The notes under the pieces: generated by a model
What the model was told of the DNA's origin: nothing
Database searches by the model: none
The model's input: the letters and a program-made list of their open reading frames with translations, nothing else
Part shown: piece after piece, positions 28,587-39,524 of the stretch
How the letters are laid out: every line of letters begins with the position of its first letter
Position numbering within the stretch: position 1 is the stretch's first letter
IMG/VR virus record: IMGVR_UViG_3300045988_031686
Source of the DNA: a virus
Length of the DNA: 60,224 nucleotides
Direction: 5' to 3' (one strand)
Translations under genes and position numbers: made by a program

Positions 28587-29408
28587 ATGGAGATTATAAC
28601 ACAAGAAAGGAGAAAAGAGAACTTGAACGAAGTCGAGAAAACAGAGACAAGAACACCGATTGAGATTGCTCTTGACATTGACAATGAGGGTATGACAACG
28701 GCGAGAAAACTTTATGAGTTTTTAGAACTTGCACCACAGCATTATGCAAGGTGGTGTAAGTCAAATATTATTGAGAACGAGTTTGCAGAGGAAAATGTTG
28801 ATTATTGGGCATTCACCATCAATGGGGAATGGGGTGGACAGGCTACAACAGATTACAAGCTCACAGCTCACTTCGCTAAGAAGTTATCCGTCAAGGGCAA
28901 CGGAGAAAAGGCAGAACAGGCAAGGGAGTATTTCACGGTGGTTGAGGAGCGTGTCAAGCAGACGGCTATTGACCGCACCCAGTTGTCGCCACAGTTACAG
29001 CTTATGAATATGCTTGTTGAGAACATGAGCAGACAGGAACTTGAAAGCAAACGACAGGCACAGCAGATAACTAAGGTTGAAAGCACTGTCAATAACATTA
29101 AGGAGATTTTCACACAGCCGATTGGTGACTGGAAAGCGGAGATAAACGCAAGAATCCGTGAAATCTCAATTAAGAGCGGCATTGACTATCAGACGCTTTA
29201 CAACGAGATGTACGGACGGCTTGAAACCATAGCCCATTGTAGCCTAAAGAGATTACAGGACAACAAGACAGCGAGAATGGAAAAAGCCGGAAACACCAAA
29301 ACAGCAATCAGAGAGGGTACTACCAAGATTGCAATTATATACGAAAAGCCACAGCTTAAGGCGATATTTGAGGATATTGTTAAGCGGTATGCAATGGCTT
29401 ATGCGTAA
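28587..29408 (+). CDS. AntA/AntB-type antirepressor
   Basis: TARKLYEFLELAPQHYARWCKSNIIENEFAEENVDYWAF is typical of the AntA/AntB N-terminal domain. The start codon is uncertain. Confidence 0.65.
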   Translation: MEIITQERRKENLNEVEKTETRTPIEIALDIDNEGMTTARKLYEFLELAPQHYARWCKSNIIENEFAEENVDYWAFTINGEWGGQATTDYKLTAHFAKKLSVKGNGEKAEQAREYFTVVEERVKQTAIDRTQLSPQLQLMNMLVENMSRQELESKRQAQQITKVESTVNNIKEIFTQPIGDWKAEINARIREISIKSGIDYQTLYNEMYGRLETIAHCSLKRLQDNKTARMEKAGNTKTAIREGTTKIAIIYEKPQLKAIFEDIVKRYAMAYA

Positions 29409-29423
29409 AGAGAGGAGAATGAA

Positions 29424-30119
29424 ATGGCAATCAAAGCATACAAAGGGTTTAACAAAGACATGACATGCAAAGGCTTTCAGTATGAAGAGGGCAAAGAGTA
29501 CGAAACCGACAAGGCAGAAGTGTGTGAAACAGGATTCCATGCGTGCGAGTATCCGTTAGACTGCTTTCGTTATTATACTCCGAGTGAGAGCGTATTCCAC
29601 GAAGTTGAACAGGACGGAGTAATCAGTCGCAAGGGTGATGACACAAAGCTTGCATCGACCAAAATTAAAATAGGCGTGAGCTTAAACATTGCTGGCATGG
29701 TTAAAGCAGCCATTGAATACACCAAGAGCAGAACTAAGAAAGAAGCCGACAGCAATTCAGATTACGGGGCTTCCTCAGCGACGGGCTATAAAGGGGCTTC
29801 CTCAGCGACGGGCGATTACGGGGCTTCCTCAGCGACGGGAAATTGTGGGGCTTCCTCAGCGACGGGCTATAAAGGAGCATCCTCAGCAGAAGATAAAGAC
29901 AGTATTGCCGTTGCGTGGGGCTATCACGGTAAGGCTAAAGGAGTTGTCGGTTCTTATCTTGTATTAGCTGACTGGGAAGGCAATGAAGATAATTACTGGG
30001 CACAGGAATTGTGGACGCTTAAAGGAGCAAAGATGGTAAGAGTTGATGGAGATAACATCAAGGAAGATACATTTTACACAATGCGTAATGGCAAGATTGT
30101 TGAATGTAAGGAGGAGTAA
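29424..30119 (+). CDS. Hypothetical protein with a 9-aa (Y/C)xGASSATG repeat block
   Basis: The N-terminal region KGFNKDMTCKGFQYEEGKEYE...CETGFHACEYPLDC is followed by 4.8 nonapeptide repeats. Confidence 0.55.
   Translation: MAIKAYKGFNKDMTCKGFQYEEGKEYETDKAEVCETGFHACEYPLDCFRYYTPSESVFHEVEQDGVISRKGDDTKLASTKIKIGVSLNIAGMVKAAIEYTKSRTKKEADSNSDYGASSATGYKGASSATGDYGASSATGNCGASSATGYKGASSAEDKDSIAVAWGYHGKAKGVVGSYLVLADWEGNEDNYWAQELWTLKGAKMVRVDGDNIKEDTFYTMRNGKIVECKEE
29760..29890 (+). repeat. 27-bp tandem repeat, ~4.8 copies, in-frame
   Basis: The unit gattacggggcttcctcagcgacgggc is repeated with minor variants. Confidence 0.9.
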
Positions 30120-30517
30120 TGTCAATTCTAGGCAGTATCTTGTGTGCAATTTGCATATATGTTTCACCGAAAACACTCAACTACATAGAGAAGCCGATAT
30201 ATGGTCCTATTCAGGAAACATCTGACGAATGGCAGACGTTCACGCTTACAGCATATTGCGGTTGCAAGAAGTGTTGCGGAAAGAATGACCGAATAACTGC
30301 AACAGGAACTTATGCTATTGAGGGCGTTACCATAGCGGTAGACCCTACGGTTATTCCTTATGGTTCTATGGTAGATATTGAGGGAATCGGAACATTTATA
30401 GCCGAGGACTGCGGCGGTGCAATCAAGGGCAACAGGATTGACATATATTTTGAGAATCACGCTGATGCATTGACGTTCGGTGTGTGGGAAGAATGGAGAG
30501 TGAGGGTAAGAGAGTGA
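30119..30517 (+). CDS. 3D-domain (MltA/RlpA-like fold) cell-wall-binding or lytic protein with an N-terminal signal-anchor
   Basis: TLTAYCGC...ATGT...GVTIAVDPTVIPYGSMVDIEGIG...AEDCGGAIKGNRIDIY. Confidence 0.7.
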   Translation: MSILGSILCAICIYVSPKTLNYIEKPIYGPIQETSDEWQTFTLTAYCGCKKCCGKNDRITATGTYAIEGVTIAVDPTVIPYGSMVDIEGIGTFIAEDCGGAIKGNRIDIYFENHADALTFGVWEEWRVRVRE

Positions 30518-30678
30518 AACAGCCAAAAAAATTGACGTATAAGCAGAAAGTTATTGTATCGTCGCACAGGCTTAATGCTGATGACTGGATGTTGGAGAAA
30601 GAGACGGATTTTTACTTGTACCTTATGAGTAAAGACGGAGCCAAGAAGAAAATTATAGACAAATTTAAAAGGAGGTAA
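30514..30678 (+). CDS. Small basic hypothetical protein
   Basis: GTG 30514 lies 7 nt after GAGGG. Confidence 0.45.
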   Translation: MKQPKKLTYKQKVIVSSHRLNADDWMLEKETDFYLYLMSKDGAKKKIIDKFKRR

Positions 30679-30684
30679 AATGTG

Positions 30685-30807
30685 ATGGTTATTACAGACT
30701 TAAACGCATTAGCGGTAAAAGAGTTGGCTATTGTATGCGAAGCAGAGAAAATGGGAGTGATTATTGAGGACGGCAAGATTACAGGAGCCGTTCAGAAGGA
30801 GGACTAA
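30685..30807 (+). CDS. Small hypothetical protein (40 aa)
   Basis: ATG follows GGAGG. Confidence 0.3.
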   Translation: MVITDLNALAVKELAIVCEAEKMGVIIEDGKITGAVQKED

Positions 30808-30812
30808 GAGGA

Positions 30813-32738
30813 ATGAATATTAAGCTTTTGAACATGAGGCTTGAAAACTTCATGTGTTACGCAAGCAAGGATTTTGATTTTTACGCCATCACTAAGCTTA
30901 TGGCTAAGAACGGTGTCGGCAAGTCAACAATAGCAACCGCGTATTTGTGGTGCTTATTCAACTGCGATTATGAGTTAAAGGACAATCCGGTTGTCAGAAG
31001 AGAAGTTGGCGGAGTATCAGTTGATGATATGGATGTATCAGTTGAACTTACACTTGATGTTAATGGAAAAGAAATCGCCATGAAGAAAGTACAGAAACGT
31101 ACTTACAGTAAGGATGGCAGCAGTTACAAGGATGATAACGCATACTTTGTCAATGACGTTCGTAAGAATTTAAAGGACTTCAACGCATATCTTGATGTAG
31201 ATATGAATGTATTTAAGATGTGTAGCAATATCAACGCATTTCTAAATCAGAAGCCTGCTGAAATGAGAGAATACTTATTTAGCCTTGTTGAGAATGTGAC
31301 AGACCTTGATATAGCACACTCTAAGACAGAATTAGCGGAGTTAGTGCCACTGTTAGAGAAATACACAACAGAAGAACTAACTGCTATGAATAAGGCTACT
31401 AAGGCTAAAATCACAAAGGATTTACCTATCCTCAACGGACAGATTATGGAAAAGGAAAGAGATATTCAGATTAAGCAGGACACAGATACATCTGACTTTG
31501 AATTGCTTAGAAACAGCCTTAAAGAACAGATTGACAGTTGCATTGCAAAGGAGACCGATAATGACAAGCTGTTAGCTGAATATGACAAGGCTAGTTCAGA
31601 TATTCTTAACTTGAAGTTTGAGCTTAGTGATATGAGCCGTAAAGCCAACGAGGACAATATTAAGGCTAGAAGAGATATCGAGAACAAGATTTCTGATAAG
31701 CAGTTTCTTATTAGGCAGACAGAAAAGACTATTACTGATACAGAAAAGAGCATTGAGTATCAGCAGAATATCATTGAGAGCATAAATAAGAATTTGCAGG
31801 ATATAAGGGATAAGTGGAAAGCAGAGAATGAACGCAAATTTGACGAAAACAGCCTTATTTGTAGTTACTGCGGACAGGAATATCCAGAGGATAAGAAAGA
31901 ACAGTTAAGAGCCGATTTTTACAGCCACAAGGCAGAAGAATTAAAGACTATCACAAACAATGGCAACCTTATTAAAGGCAAACTTGATGAAAATAAGAAG
32001 ATTCTTGAAGATTTACAGAAAGAGTTGCCACAGCATAAAGAAAGCCTTGAAATGCTGAATACAGCTATTACAGAACTTAAAAAGCAGTTAGCAGAGTTAC
32101 CGCAGGAGATTGATGTTACAAGTTCAGAGGAATACAAAGAACTTGAACAGAAGATAACTGAAAAGGAACAGGCTATGCACAAGGCTAATGATATTTCAAC
32201 AGTTAAGGCAGAATTAAAGGTACAGGAAACAGCTTTAAGGCAGCAGTTAGCAGAATGTGAAAGCCAGATTGCAAAGTCTGATACGGCAGCAGACGAACAG
32301 CGACTTGAAGAATTAAAGCAGACAAGGATTGATTCTGAACAGAATAAGGCTAATGCCGAGAAAATCCTTGATTTACTTGATGAATTAGACAAAGCAAAGA
32401 ATGAAGCCTTGACAGAAGCCGTAAACAGTCATTTCGGGTTAGTTAAGTGGCAGTTATTTGAATATGCTAAGAACGGCAATTATAAGAGTTGTTGCATACC
32501 TACTGTTGACGGAAAGAGCATTTTAACAACTATGAGTAACAAGGGCAACAGGATTTTAGGTAGAGTAGATATTTGCAACTCTATTCAGAAAATTAGTGGC
32601 ATATCAGTGCCTATTATTTTAGATGATTCTGAAAGCCTTAGCACGGACAATCAGAAGAAAGTTGCCGAAATGATAGATAGCCAGTTGATTATGCTGATTG
32701 TTAATGATAGCGAGAAATTAGAGATTGTGGAGGGATAA
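30813..32738 (+). CDS. SMC/SbcC/RecN-like AAA ATPase with a long coiled coil
   Basis: N-terminal Walker A AKNGVGKSTIA, central coiled coil of ~350 aa, C-terminal PIILDDSESL (Walker B / D-loop). Confidence 0.75.
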   Translation: MNIKLLNMRLENFMCYASKDFDFYAITKLMAKNGVGKSTIATAYLWCLFNCDYELKDNPVVRREVGGVSVDDMDVSVELTLDVNGKEIAMKKVQKRTYSKDGSSYKDDNAYFVNDVRKNLKDFNAYLDVDMNVFKMCSNINAFLNQKPAEMREYLFSLVENVTDLDIAHSKTELAELVPLLEKYTTEELTAMNKATKAKITKDLPILNGQIMEKERDIQIKQDTDTSDFELLRNSLKEQIDSCIAKETDNDKLLAEYDKASSDILNLKFELSDMSRKANEDNIKARRDIENKISDKQFLIRQTEKTITDTEKSIEYQQNIIESINKNLQDIRDKWKAENERKFDENSLICSYCGQEYPEDKKEQLRADFYSHKAEELKTITNNGNLIKGKLDENKKILEDLQKELPQHKESLEMLNTAITELKKQLAELPQEIDVTSSEEYKELEQKITEKEQAMHKANDISTVKAELKVQETALRQQLAECESQIAKSDTAADEQRLEELKQTRIDSEQNKANAEKILDLLDELDKAKNEALTEAVNSHFGLVKWQLFEYAKNGNYKSCCIPTVDGKSILTTMSNKGNRILGRVDICNSIQKISGISVPIILDDSESLSTDNQKKVAEMIDSQLIMLIVNDSEKLEIVEG

Positions 32739-32741
32739 GCT

Positions 32742-33134
32742 ATGGATATTGTAATTGTAAATACAAGCAAACTAAGAGTTGCATTATCTAAACTTGCAAA
32801 AGAGCAAAATACTACAAGCGTAACAGCTATGCTTAATGCTAATAATATGAATTCAAGTCTTATCGCAAAGGCGGAAAATAGATTTAATTCATATTCTGAT
32901 AAAATCCGGTTTGAGATTGATGAATATACAACATACGGTGCATTTTATGAAGATATATGGAAACAGATTATAGCTTTATCATCACACATTCGTAAGGAAG
33001 ATTTTGAACTAGAAAGATTTGAAAAAGTGTCCAAAAGCACATCTGAGTACAGGAAATTAGATAGTAGGATTACCAAGTTGGAAGATACTGTTTTAAATCT
33101 GATGAAGTTAGTTGAAGAATTAAGAAGAAAGTAG
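32742..33134 (+). CDS. Hypothetical protein
   Basis: 130-aa ORF, coupled to its neighbours. Confidence 0.45.
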   Translation: MDIVIVNTSKLRVALSKLAKEQNTTSVTAMLNANNMNSSLIAKAENRFNSYSDKIRFEIDEYTTYGAFYEDIWKQIIALSSHIRKEDFELERFEKVSKSTSEYRKLDSRITKLEDTVLNLMKLVEELRRK

Positions 33135-33150
33135 AAAGCGAGGAATAATT

Positions 33151-34254
33151 ATGACAGAGAATACAGCAGTTGCGGAAAAGAAAGCATTTACCACATCATT
33201 AAGTGAGTGGAGTAATGCTATGACAGGTCTTATTATTGACGATTATAAGGCTTGTGGAATGGATATGGATGATTATGCTAAAGAGTGTGCTATGGAAGCA
33301 ATGACAAGCATTTTTAACCTTGTTAAGAGCAATCCTAAGGTTAATATGGGTAGCCTTGATACAAGCAATTTGAGAGGCATTGTTAAGCGTTGCGCAAGCC
33401 TTAAACTTAATGCAAGCGCATATCCGAGAGAATGCTATTTTCAGTTGATAAATGTGAACATCGGAAAAGATGCCGACGGAAAAGAAATTTGGCAGCAGCA
33501 GGTCAAAATGGGAATTGAAGGCAGTGGTTATGATTCCCTACTTACTAATTACGGAAAAGATGTCAAACAGGTTTATCCATATTGGATAGTAAAAGAGGGA
33601 GATAAATACATACCACCTAAGCACAAGGGGCTTACCGTGACGGAACCTGAGTGGGAGGAGAACAGCGTTTCCGATAAGGCGGTAATGGTTGTGTACCCTG
33701 TTAAGCTGATGGACGGAACGGTAACTTATCTCTCTGCGGACAGAGACAGTGTTAAGGTCAATCTTTTGGCTCACGTTAAACAGAATATGATGAATGAAAC
33801 ATTTGGGGTAATTACCGGAACTAAAAAGCAGTATAACAAGGAAGTTGCAAGAACACGTTACGATGCTACACCGGAAGAGAAAGCAAAAATAAAGGAAAAG
33901 AAGGAGGAAGTCCTCAATGCTTTAAGAGCGTGCAAGACAGTTGATGAAATGCTTGAATGTGAGATTGCAAGACCTTTTATAAGTGGTGCTTGGCTTGATA
34001 CTCCGGAGAGCATGATACAGAGAAAAATGTGCAACAATGCAACGAGGAAATACCCTAAGAATTATGACCCTATGGCAAGGCAGGCACAGATAGAAATGGA
34101 CGAGGTATATCAGGTTGCACAGGCGGAAAATGCCGAAAATGCTAATACTGTTGAGTTTATAGAAGATAAGGCAGATGTAGTTGACACCACAGTCGCAGAA
34201 GCAACCGAAGAACAGGCAGAAGATAGCACATTGCCGCCATTTATGCAGGGGTAA
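33151..34254 (+). CDS. RecT-like single-strand annealing protein
   Basis: LRGIVKRCASLKLNASAYPRECYFQL resembles the RecT core. Context: between the ATPase and the nuclease. Confidence 0.55.
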   Translation: MTENTAVAEKKAFTTSLSEWSNAMTGLIIDDYKACGMDMDDYAKECAMEAMTSIFNLVKSNPKVNMGSLDTSNLRGIVKRCASLKLNASAYPRECYFQLINVNIGKDADGKEIWQQQVKMGIEGSGYDSLLTNYGKDVKQVYPYWIVKEGDKYIPPKHKGLTVTEPEWEENSVSDKAVMVVYPVKLMDGTVTYLSADRDSVKVNLLAHVKQNMMNETFGVITGTKKQYNKEVARTRYDATPEEKAKIKEKKEEVLNALRACKTVDEMLECEIARPFISGAWLDTPESMIQRKMCNNATRKYPKNYDPMARQAQIEMDEVYQVAQAENAENANTVEFIEDKADVVDTTVAEATEEQAEDSTLPPFMQG

Positions 34255-34258
34255 ATCT

Positions 34259-34648
34259 ATGAAAACAGCAAGTTTAGAGCAGATGATAACAGACATGAAC
34301 AACGGTGTGTATGACTTGACTTGCAACGGAGAATGTACTCAGTGTGGTAATTGTTGCAGTAACTTACTTCCTATGACGGAAGATGAAATTACAACAATTC
34401 ATAAGTACATTAAAAAATATCATATTAAGGAACACAGGCATAATTATCCAACGGCTACACCAACAATGGATATGACTTGTCCGTTTCTTAATGATGATAA
34501 GTCAAAAGAAAAATGCGAGATTTATTCGGTCAGACCGAGGATTTGTAGAGAATTTATCTGCTGTCCGAGTAAAAGATTACCGATTGATGATTTGGGCTAC
34601 AAATTAAAGTGTAAGGTAGTTGACGTCAGAAAGGAGTTTTTTGGATGA
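34259..34648 (+). CDS. YkgJ-type cysteine-cluster protein
   Basis: CTQCGNCC...CPFL...CEIYSVRPRICREF. Confidence 0.6.
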   Translation: MKTASLEQMITDMNNGVYDLTCNGECTQCGNCCSNLLPMTEDEITTIHKYIKKYHIKEHRHNYPTATPTMDMTCPFLNDDKSKEKCEIYSVRPRICREFICCPSKRLPIDDLGYKLKCKVVDVRKEFFG

Positions 34649-34974
34649 GAGTAATTTCACAGGACGGAACATTAGATTTTCCTTATGAATTATCTACGAT
34701 TCGTGTATATAATGAAATAATTTCGATGGGAATGTGCAAAGATGATTCTTGCAGAAGCATAATTGCAAGATATTCCACCGAAGAAAAAGCACTGAAAGCA
34801 GTGGAATTGTTGAGAAAAAAATATAGGAAATTAAAAGTAATGAAAGTTATTGCAAACGGCACTGCTGAATATATGGAAAAGTCACTTTCTACCGATGAAA
34901 TGATAGAACAGTATAACGCCTATTGCGATATGAATACCTTTCAGTTTCCACAGGATGACGAAATCGAGGTGTGA
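34645..34974 (+). CDS. Hypothetical protein
   Basis: 109-aa ORF, translationally coupled. Confidence 0.45.
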   Translation: MRVISQDGTLDFPYELSTIRVYNEIISMGMCKDDSCRSIIARYSTEEKALKAVELLRKKYRKLKVMKVIANGTAEYMEKSLSTDEMIEQYNAYCDMNTFQFPQDDEIEV

Positions 34975-34976
34975 GT

Positions 34977-36180
<1,204 letters not shown>

Positions 36181-36192
36181 GGAAGTAATTTT

Positions 36193-36915
36193 ATGAAATT
36201 AAAATGTTTAGGCTCATCATCAGCTGGAAATTGCTATCTGCTAACTTCCGACAATGGAGAAACGCTTATCCTTGATTGCGGAATACCAATCAAGGAAATC
36301 AAGAAAGGCTTGAATTGGAACATTAAAGATGTTGTGGGTGTGTTATGCACCCATAAACATCTTGACCACAGCAAGTCATTAGACAATTTTAAAAAAATGT
36401 CAATACCGGTATTTGCACCCTACCAGAGAAACTATAACAAGAAGAATTATGGTGGATTCACAATTTATCCGTTTCCACTACAGACATTGGATGGAAACTG
36501 GACACATACAGACGCAAATGGCGAACCTTGCCCGATATTCGGCTTTTTGATTGCGCACAAGGAAATGGGAAGAATGCTTTACATAACCGATTGTGAACTA
36601 ATCAAGTGGAAGTTTAATGACATAAACCACGTTCTCTTAGGCGTGAACTATGACAAAGATTTAGTTGATACCGACAATCCGAAAGCTAATCACGTTTTCA
36701 GAGGGCATTTAAGCATTGATACAGCTTGCGATTTTGTTAAGGCAAATTATTCAGATAGCTTGCAGAACGTCATAATGTGCCATCTATCAAGTGAAAATTC
36801 TGATAGAGATAGTTTTATCGAGAAGATGAAAAAAGTTGCTTATGGGGCGAATGTAGATGTTGCAGAGCCGGGCAAGGAATGGGCTTTAAGGAAAGGAGAT
36901 GAATGTCCGTTTTGA
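36193..36915 (+). CDS. Metallo-beta-lactamase-fold hydrolase / nuclease
   Basis: CTHKHLDHSK matches the HxHxDH motif. Confidence 0.75.
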   Translation: MKLKCLGSSSAGNCYLLTSDNGETLILDCGIPIKEIKKGLNWNIKDVVGVLCTHKHLDHSKSLDNFKKMSIPVFAPYQRNYNKKNYGGFTIYPFPLQTLDGNWTHTDANGEPCPIFGFLIAHKEMGRMLYITDCELIKWKFNDINHVLLGVNYDKDLVDTDNPKANHVFRGHLSIDTACDFVKANYSDSLQNVIMCHLSSENSDRDSFIEKMKKVAYGANVDVAEPGKEWALRKGDECPF

Positions 36916-37232
36916 GGATATTGAGAACAAAGAAACCTATAGATATAGACAAGCGATTTGGGAATGTGAGAATTTCAACATTCAAATATTCAAAACCTAT
37001 TGAAAATTCCAATAAGTGGGAACACTACACAGAAGTTAGCTGCTGGTATGACAATGATTGCGAGAATTGCCCTTGTGCTTGGGAAAGTAGAAGCTATGAG
37101 GGAGAATGTGATGATTGTGGGTGCTTATTTGATAAAAATGGACATTTTAATGTTCCGGATTGGAAATGTATGTTGCCTAAGTGGATAAAGAGATTATTTG
37201 TTAAACACAAAGAAAAAGAGTGTCTGTTTTAG
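36903..37232 (+). CDS. Cys-rich hypothetical protein
   Basis: 109-aa ORF with multiple CxxC-like pairs. Confidence 0.4.
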   Translation: MSVLRILRTKKPIDIDKRFGNVRISTFKYSKPIENSNKWEHYTEVSCWYDNDCENCPCAWESRSYEGECDDCGCLFDKNGHFNVPDWKCMLPKWIKRLFVKHKEKECLF

Positions 37233-37246
37233 AGAGGAGAATTGAT

Positions 37247-37582
37247 ATGAAGAAATCTGAACCAAAAATGATTTTAAATATATCTCTCAATAGCGAGGAA
37301 ATTGAAGAAAAGGTCAAGATTGCTATGGACGAATATGCAGAGAAAGCTATTTATAAAAATCTTGATGAAGAAATTACAAAAATTGTTGACAAGAGAATCG
37401 AAAAACTTACATCTGCTTCAAGCTGGGGTAGTGACAGGAAAATACAGGGTGTTTCTTTTGAGCAGTTCGTGAAAGATAGGACTGAAAAAACTATCGGCGA
37501 TTTTGTAGAAAAGAATATCAAAGAAATTCTCGCCAAGAGATTTGCTGAAATTATGACAGATAGGAGTTTTGACAATGATTAA
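37247..37582 (+). CDS. Hypothetical protein
   Basis: ATG 37247 after GAGAGGAG. Confidence 0.45.
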   Translation: MKKSEPKMILNISLNSEEIEEKVKIAMDEYAEKAIYKNLDEEITKIVDKRIEKLTSASSWGSDRKIQGVSFEQFVKDRTEKTIGDFVEKNIKEILAKRFAEIMTDRSFDND

Positions 37583-37600
37583 AGGCAGAAAGGAGCAGAA

Positions 37601-38284
37601 ATGAATATTGATGAATTTATAGAACATGCGAAAGAAAAAGCAAGAGAGCATAGATACCATGCGGATTTCTTTGAGAGTGATAATCCCATGAATACAACTT
37701 GCATTAAAAGCGCAGAAGATTGCGAGCAGTTAGCTGGGTGGCTTGAAAAATCCAAAGAGTATCAGCAGTTAGAGGAACGGCTTAACAAGGTATATGGAGA
37801 TTGCGATGGCTTGTTACTAAGAGTGGTATCAATGCTTGAGAAGCACCCAGGCATTGATATGGCAAACACATTGAAGTCACGGCTTATTACAGATGAAGAT
37901 GTCGACAAATGGGAGGAATACAAGCAGTTAGAGGAACAGGACAGGCTTGTAAAATTGCCTTGCAAAGTGGGAGATACATATTACAGCATTGAAGTTAATA
38001 CAGACTTTTGCGAAGAGTGTACTTTCTTTCAAAAAGAGTGTTATTGTGATGATTGGTGTAATAACAAAGCTGTACGAGATGAAAATGGTGATACATTAAT
38101 TAATCCGCAATATTCAGATGAAGTATTCTGTAAAAATCATTTTTATGAAATTAATAGATGCTGTTTTAGCAATATTGATGAAATCTTTAATTTACGAGAA
38201 GAGTTTGGCAAAACCGTATTCCTCACAAAATCCGAAGCTGAAGCAAAACTGGAAGAATTGAGAGGTAATCAGAATGAAGTGTGA
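37601..38284 (+). CDS. Hypothetical protein
   Basis: 227-aa ORF with RBS AAAGGAG. Confidence 0.5.
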   Translation: MNIDEFIEHAKEKAREHRYHADFFESDNPMNTTCIKSAEDCEQLAGWLEKSKEYQQLEERLNKVYGDCDGLLLRVVSMLEKHPGIDMANTLKSRLITDEDVDKWEEYKQLEEQDRLVKLPCKVGDTYYSIEVNTDFCEECTFFQKECYCDDWCNNKAVRDENGDTLINPQYSDEVFCKNHFYEINRCCFSNIDEIFNLREEFGKTVFLTKSEAEAKLEELRGNQNEV

Positions 38285-38567
38285 TGAGTGCAACAATGCA
38301 AATATCTGCTTGGACCATATCGAATTTCCTAGCTTGGGTGGGTGTACGAGTGGAATACCAGACCGCAAAGTAATCACCAATGCCGACAGGATAAGGAATA
38401 TGTCGGATGAAGAGTTAGCAGAGCTTATACATAAAATGGAAATCACTTGTTTTGTAGATATTATAGGATATGCAAATAAAGACTGCGGGCAAGGTAAAAT
38501 TTCTTGTAGAGATTGCCGAGCAAAAGCACCAACAATACTTAATTGGATTCAATCAGAAGCGGAATAG
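38274..38567 (+). CDS. Cys-rich hypothetical protein
   Basis: 97-aa ORF. Confidence 0.45.
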   Translation: MKCDECNNANICLDHIEFPSLGGCTSGIPDRKVITNADRIRNMSDEELAELIHKMEITCFVDIIGYANKDCGQGKISCRDCRAKAPTILNWIQSEAE

Positions 38568-38575
38568 GGGAGAAT

Positions 38576-38749
38576 ATGGTCGAAAAGCCATTATACAGAA
38601 GCGTACCAACAATGAGAAATTATGAAGATTATATCAGTGAATGCGATTACACAAAAGGGTGGAATGACGCTATGGATTTTATTTTCCCAGAAGTAAAAGA
38701 GAAGCGTGAAAAGGAAAGAATAAAGAAAAATATGTCCATAGTCAAATAA
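38576..38749 (+). CDS. Hypothetical protein
   Basis: ATG 38576 after GGGGAG. Confidence 0.4.
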   Translation: MVEKPLYRSVPTMRNYEDYISECDYTKGWNDAMDFIFPEVKEKREKERIKKNMSIVK

Positions 38750-38768
38750 ATACCGAAAGGGAGAGAAT

Positions 38769-38855
38769 ATGGAAGATAGATACTTATCCAAGGCAAAGAG
38801 GATTGATGATGGAGAATGGGTTGTAGGACATTATGTAAAAGGTTTAAAGAATTAG
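38769..38855 (+). pseudogene. Truncated YopX N-terminal fragment (28 aa)
   Basis: MEDRYLSKAKRIDDGEWVVGHYV parallels MNDRYLFKAKRVDNGEWVQGNLI of the full YopX gene at 40649. Confidence 0.5.
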
Positions 38856-38876
38856 TAGAAAGTGAGGAAAAAGCAG

Positions 38877-39314
38877 ATGAACAAGGTTATTCTAATGGGA
38901 AGATTGACGAGAGACCCGGAAATCAGGGTAAGCGTTGCTACGAATGTTACAACTGCGAAATTCACACTTGCGGTTGACAGAAAATATAAGAAGGAGGGCG
39001 AGCAGCAGACAGCGGATTTCATAAGTTGTACGGCATTTGGCAAAACCGCAGAAAGCATTGAACGGTATCTTCATCAAGGAATCAAGATTGTGGTTGCCGG
39101 ACGTATTCAGACCGGCAGTTACACTAACAAGGACGGCAATAAAGTGTACACCACAGATGTCGTTGTTGAGGAATACGAGTTTGCGGAGAGTAAGAACGCT
39201 AACGGCAGCAGTCCAAGCCAGCCGGCTTCAAATATGTCTGCCCCTGCAATGGCAAGTGACGGCTTCATGAATTTGCCATTGGGTGTAGAAGATACAGGTT
39301 TACCCTTTAACTAA
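38877..39314 (+). CDS. ssb: Single-stranded DNA-binding protein
   Basis: MNKVILMGRLTRDPEIR..., OB-fold pattern, acidic tail ending DTGLPFN. Confidence 0.85.
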   Translation: MNKVILMGRLTRDPEIRVSVATNVTTAKFTLAVDRKYKKEGEQQTADFISCTAFGKTAESIERYLHQGIKIVVAGRIQTGSYTNKDGNKVYTTDVVVEEYEFAESKNANGSSPSQPASNMSAPAMASDGFMNLPLGVEDTGLPFN

Positions 39315-39328
39315 GGAGATGGGGCAGC

Positions 39329-39508
39329 ATGACAAAGCAAAAGAAATGTAGCACATGTAAATACAGTTGCCGTATAAGCTTTGAGGGTGGCGACAGATTC
39401 TGCCAGTACATATTGATAACCGGGCACAGAAGACCGTGTCCGGGAGGTAATGAATGTACGGTGTACGAGAAAAGCAAGCGGCTAAAGGAATATAATTTTG
39501 GCGATTGA
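39329..39508 (+). CDS. Cys-rich small protein (59 aa)
   Basis: CSTCKYSC...C...CPGGNEC. Confidence 0.4.
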   Translation: MTKQKKCSTCKYSCRISFEGGDRFCQYILITGHRRPCPGGNECTVYEKSKRLKEYNFGD

Positions 39509-39524
39509 ACTAGGAGGGGATAAT

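Noticed and set aside
29760-29890. The regular 27-bp repeats, considered as a CRISPR-like array.
   Set aside because: The repeats are contiguous with no spacers, in frame, and inside a coding sequence. I saw no CRISPR array, cas gene, reverse transcriptase or rRNA anywhere in the window.
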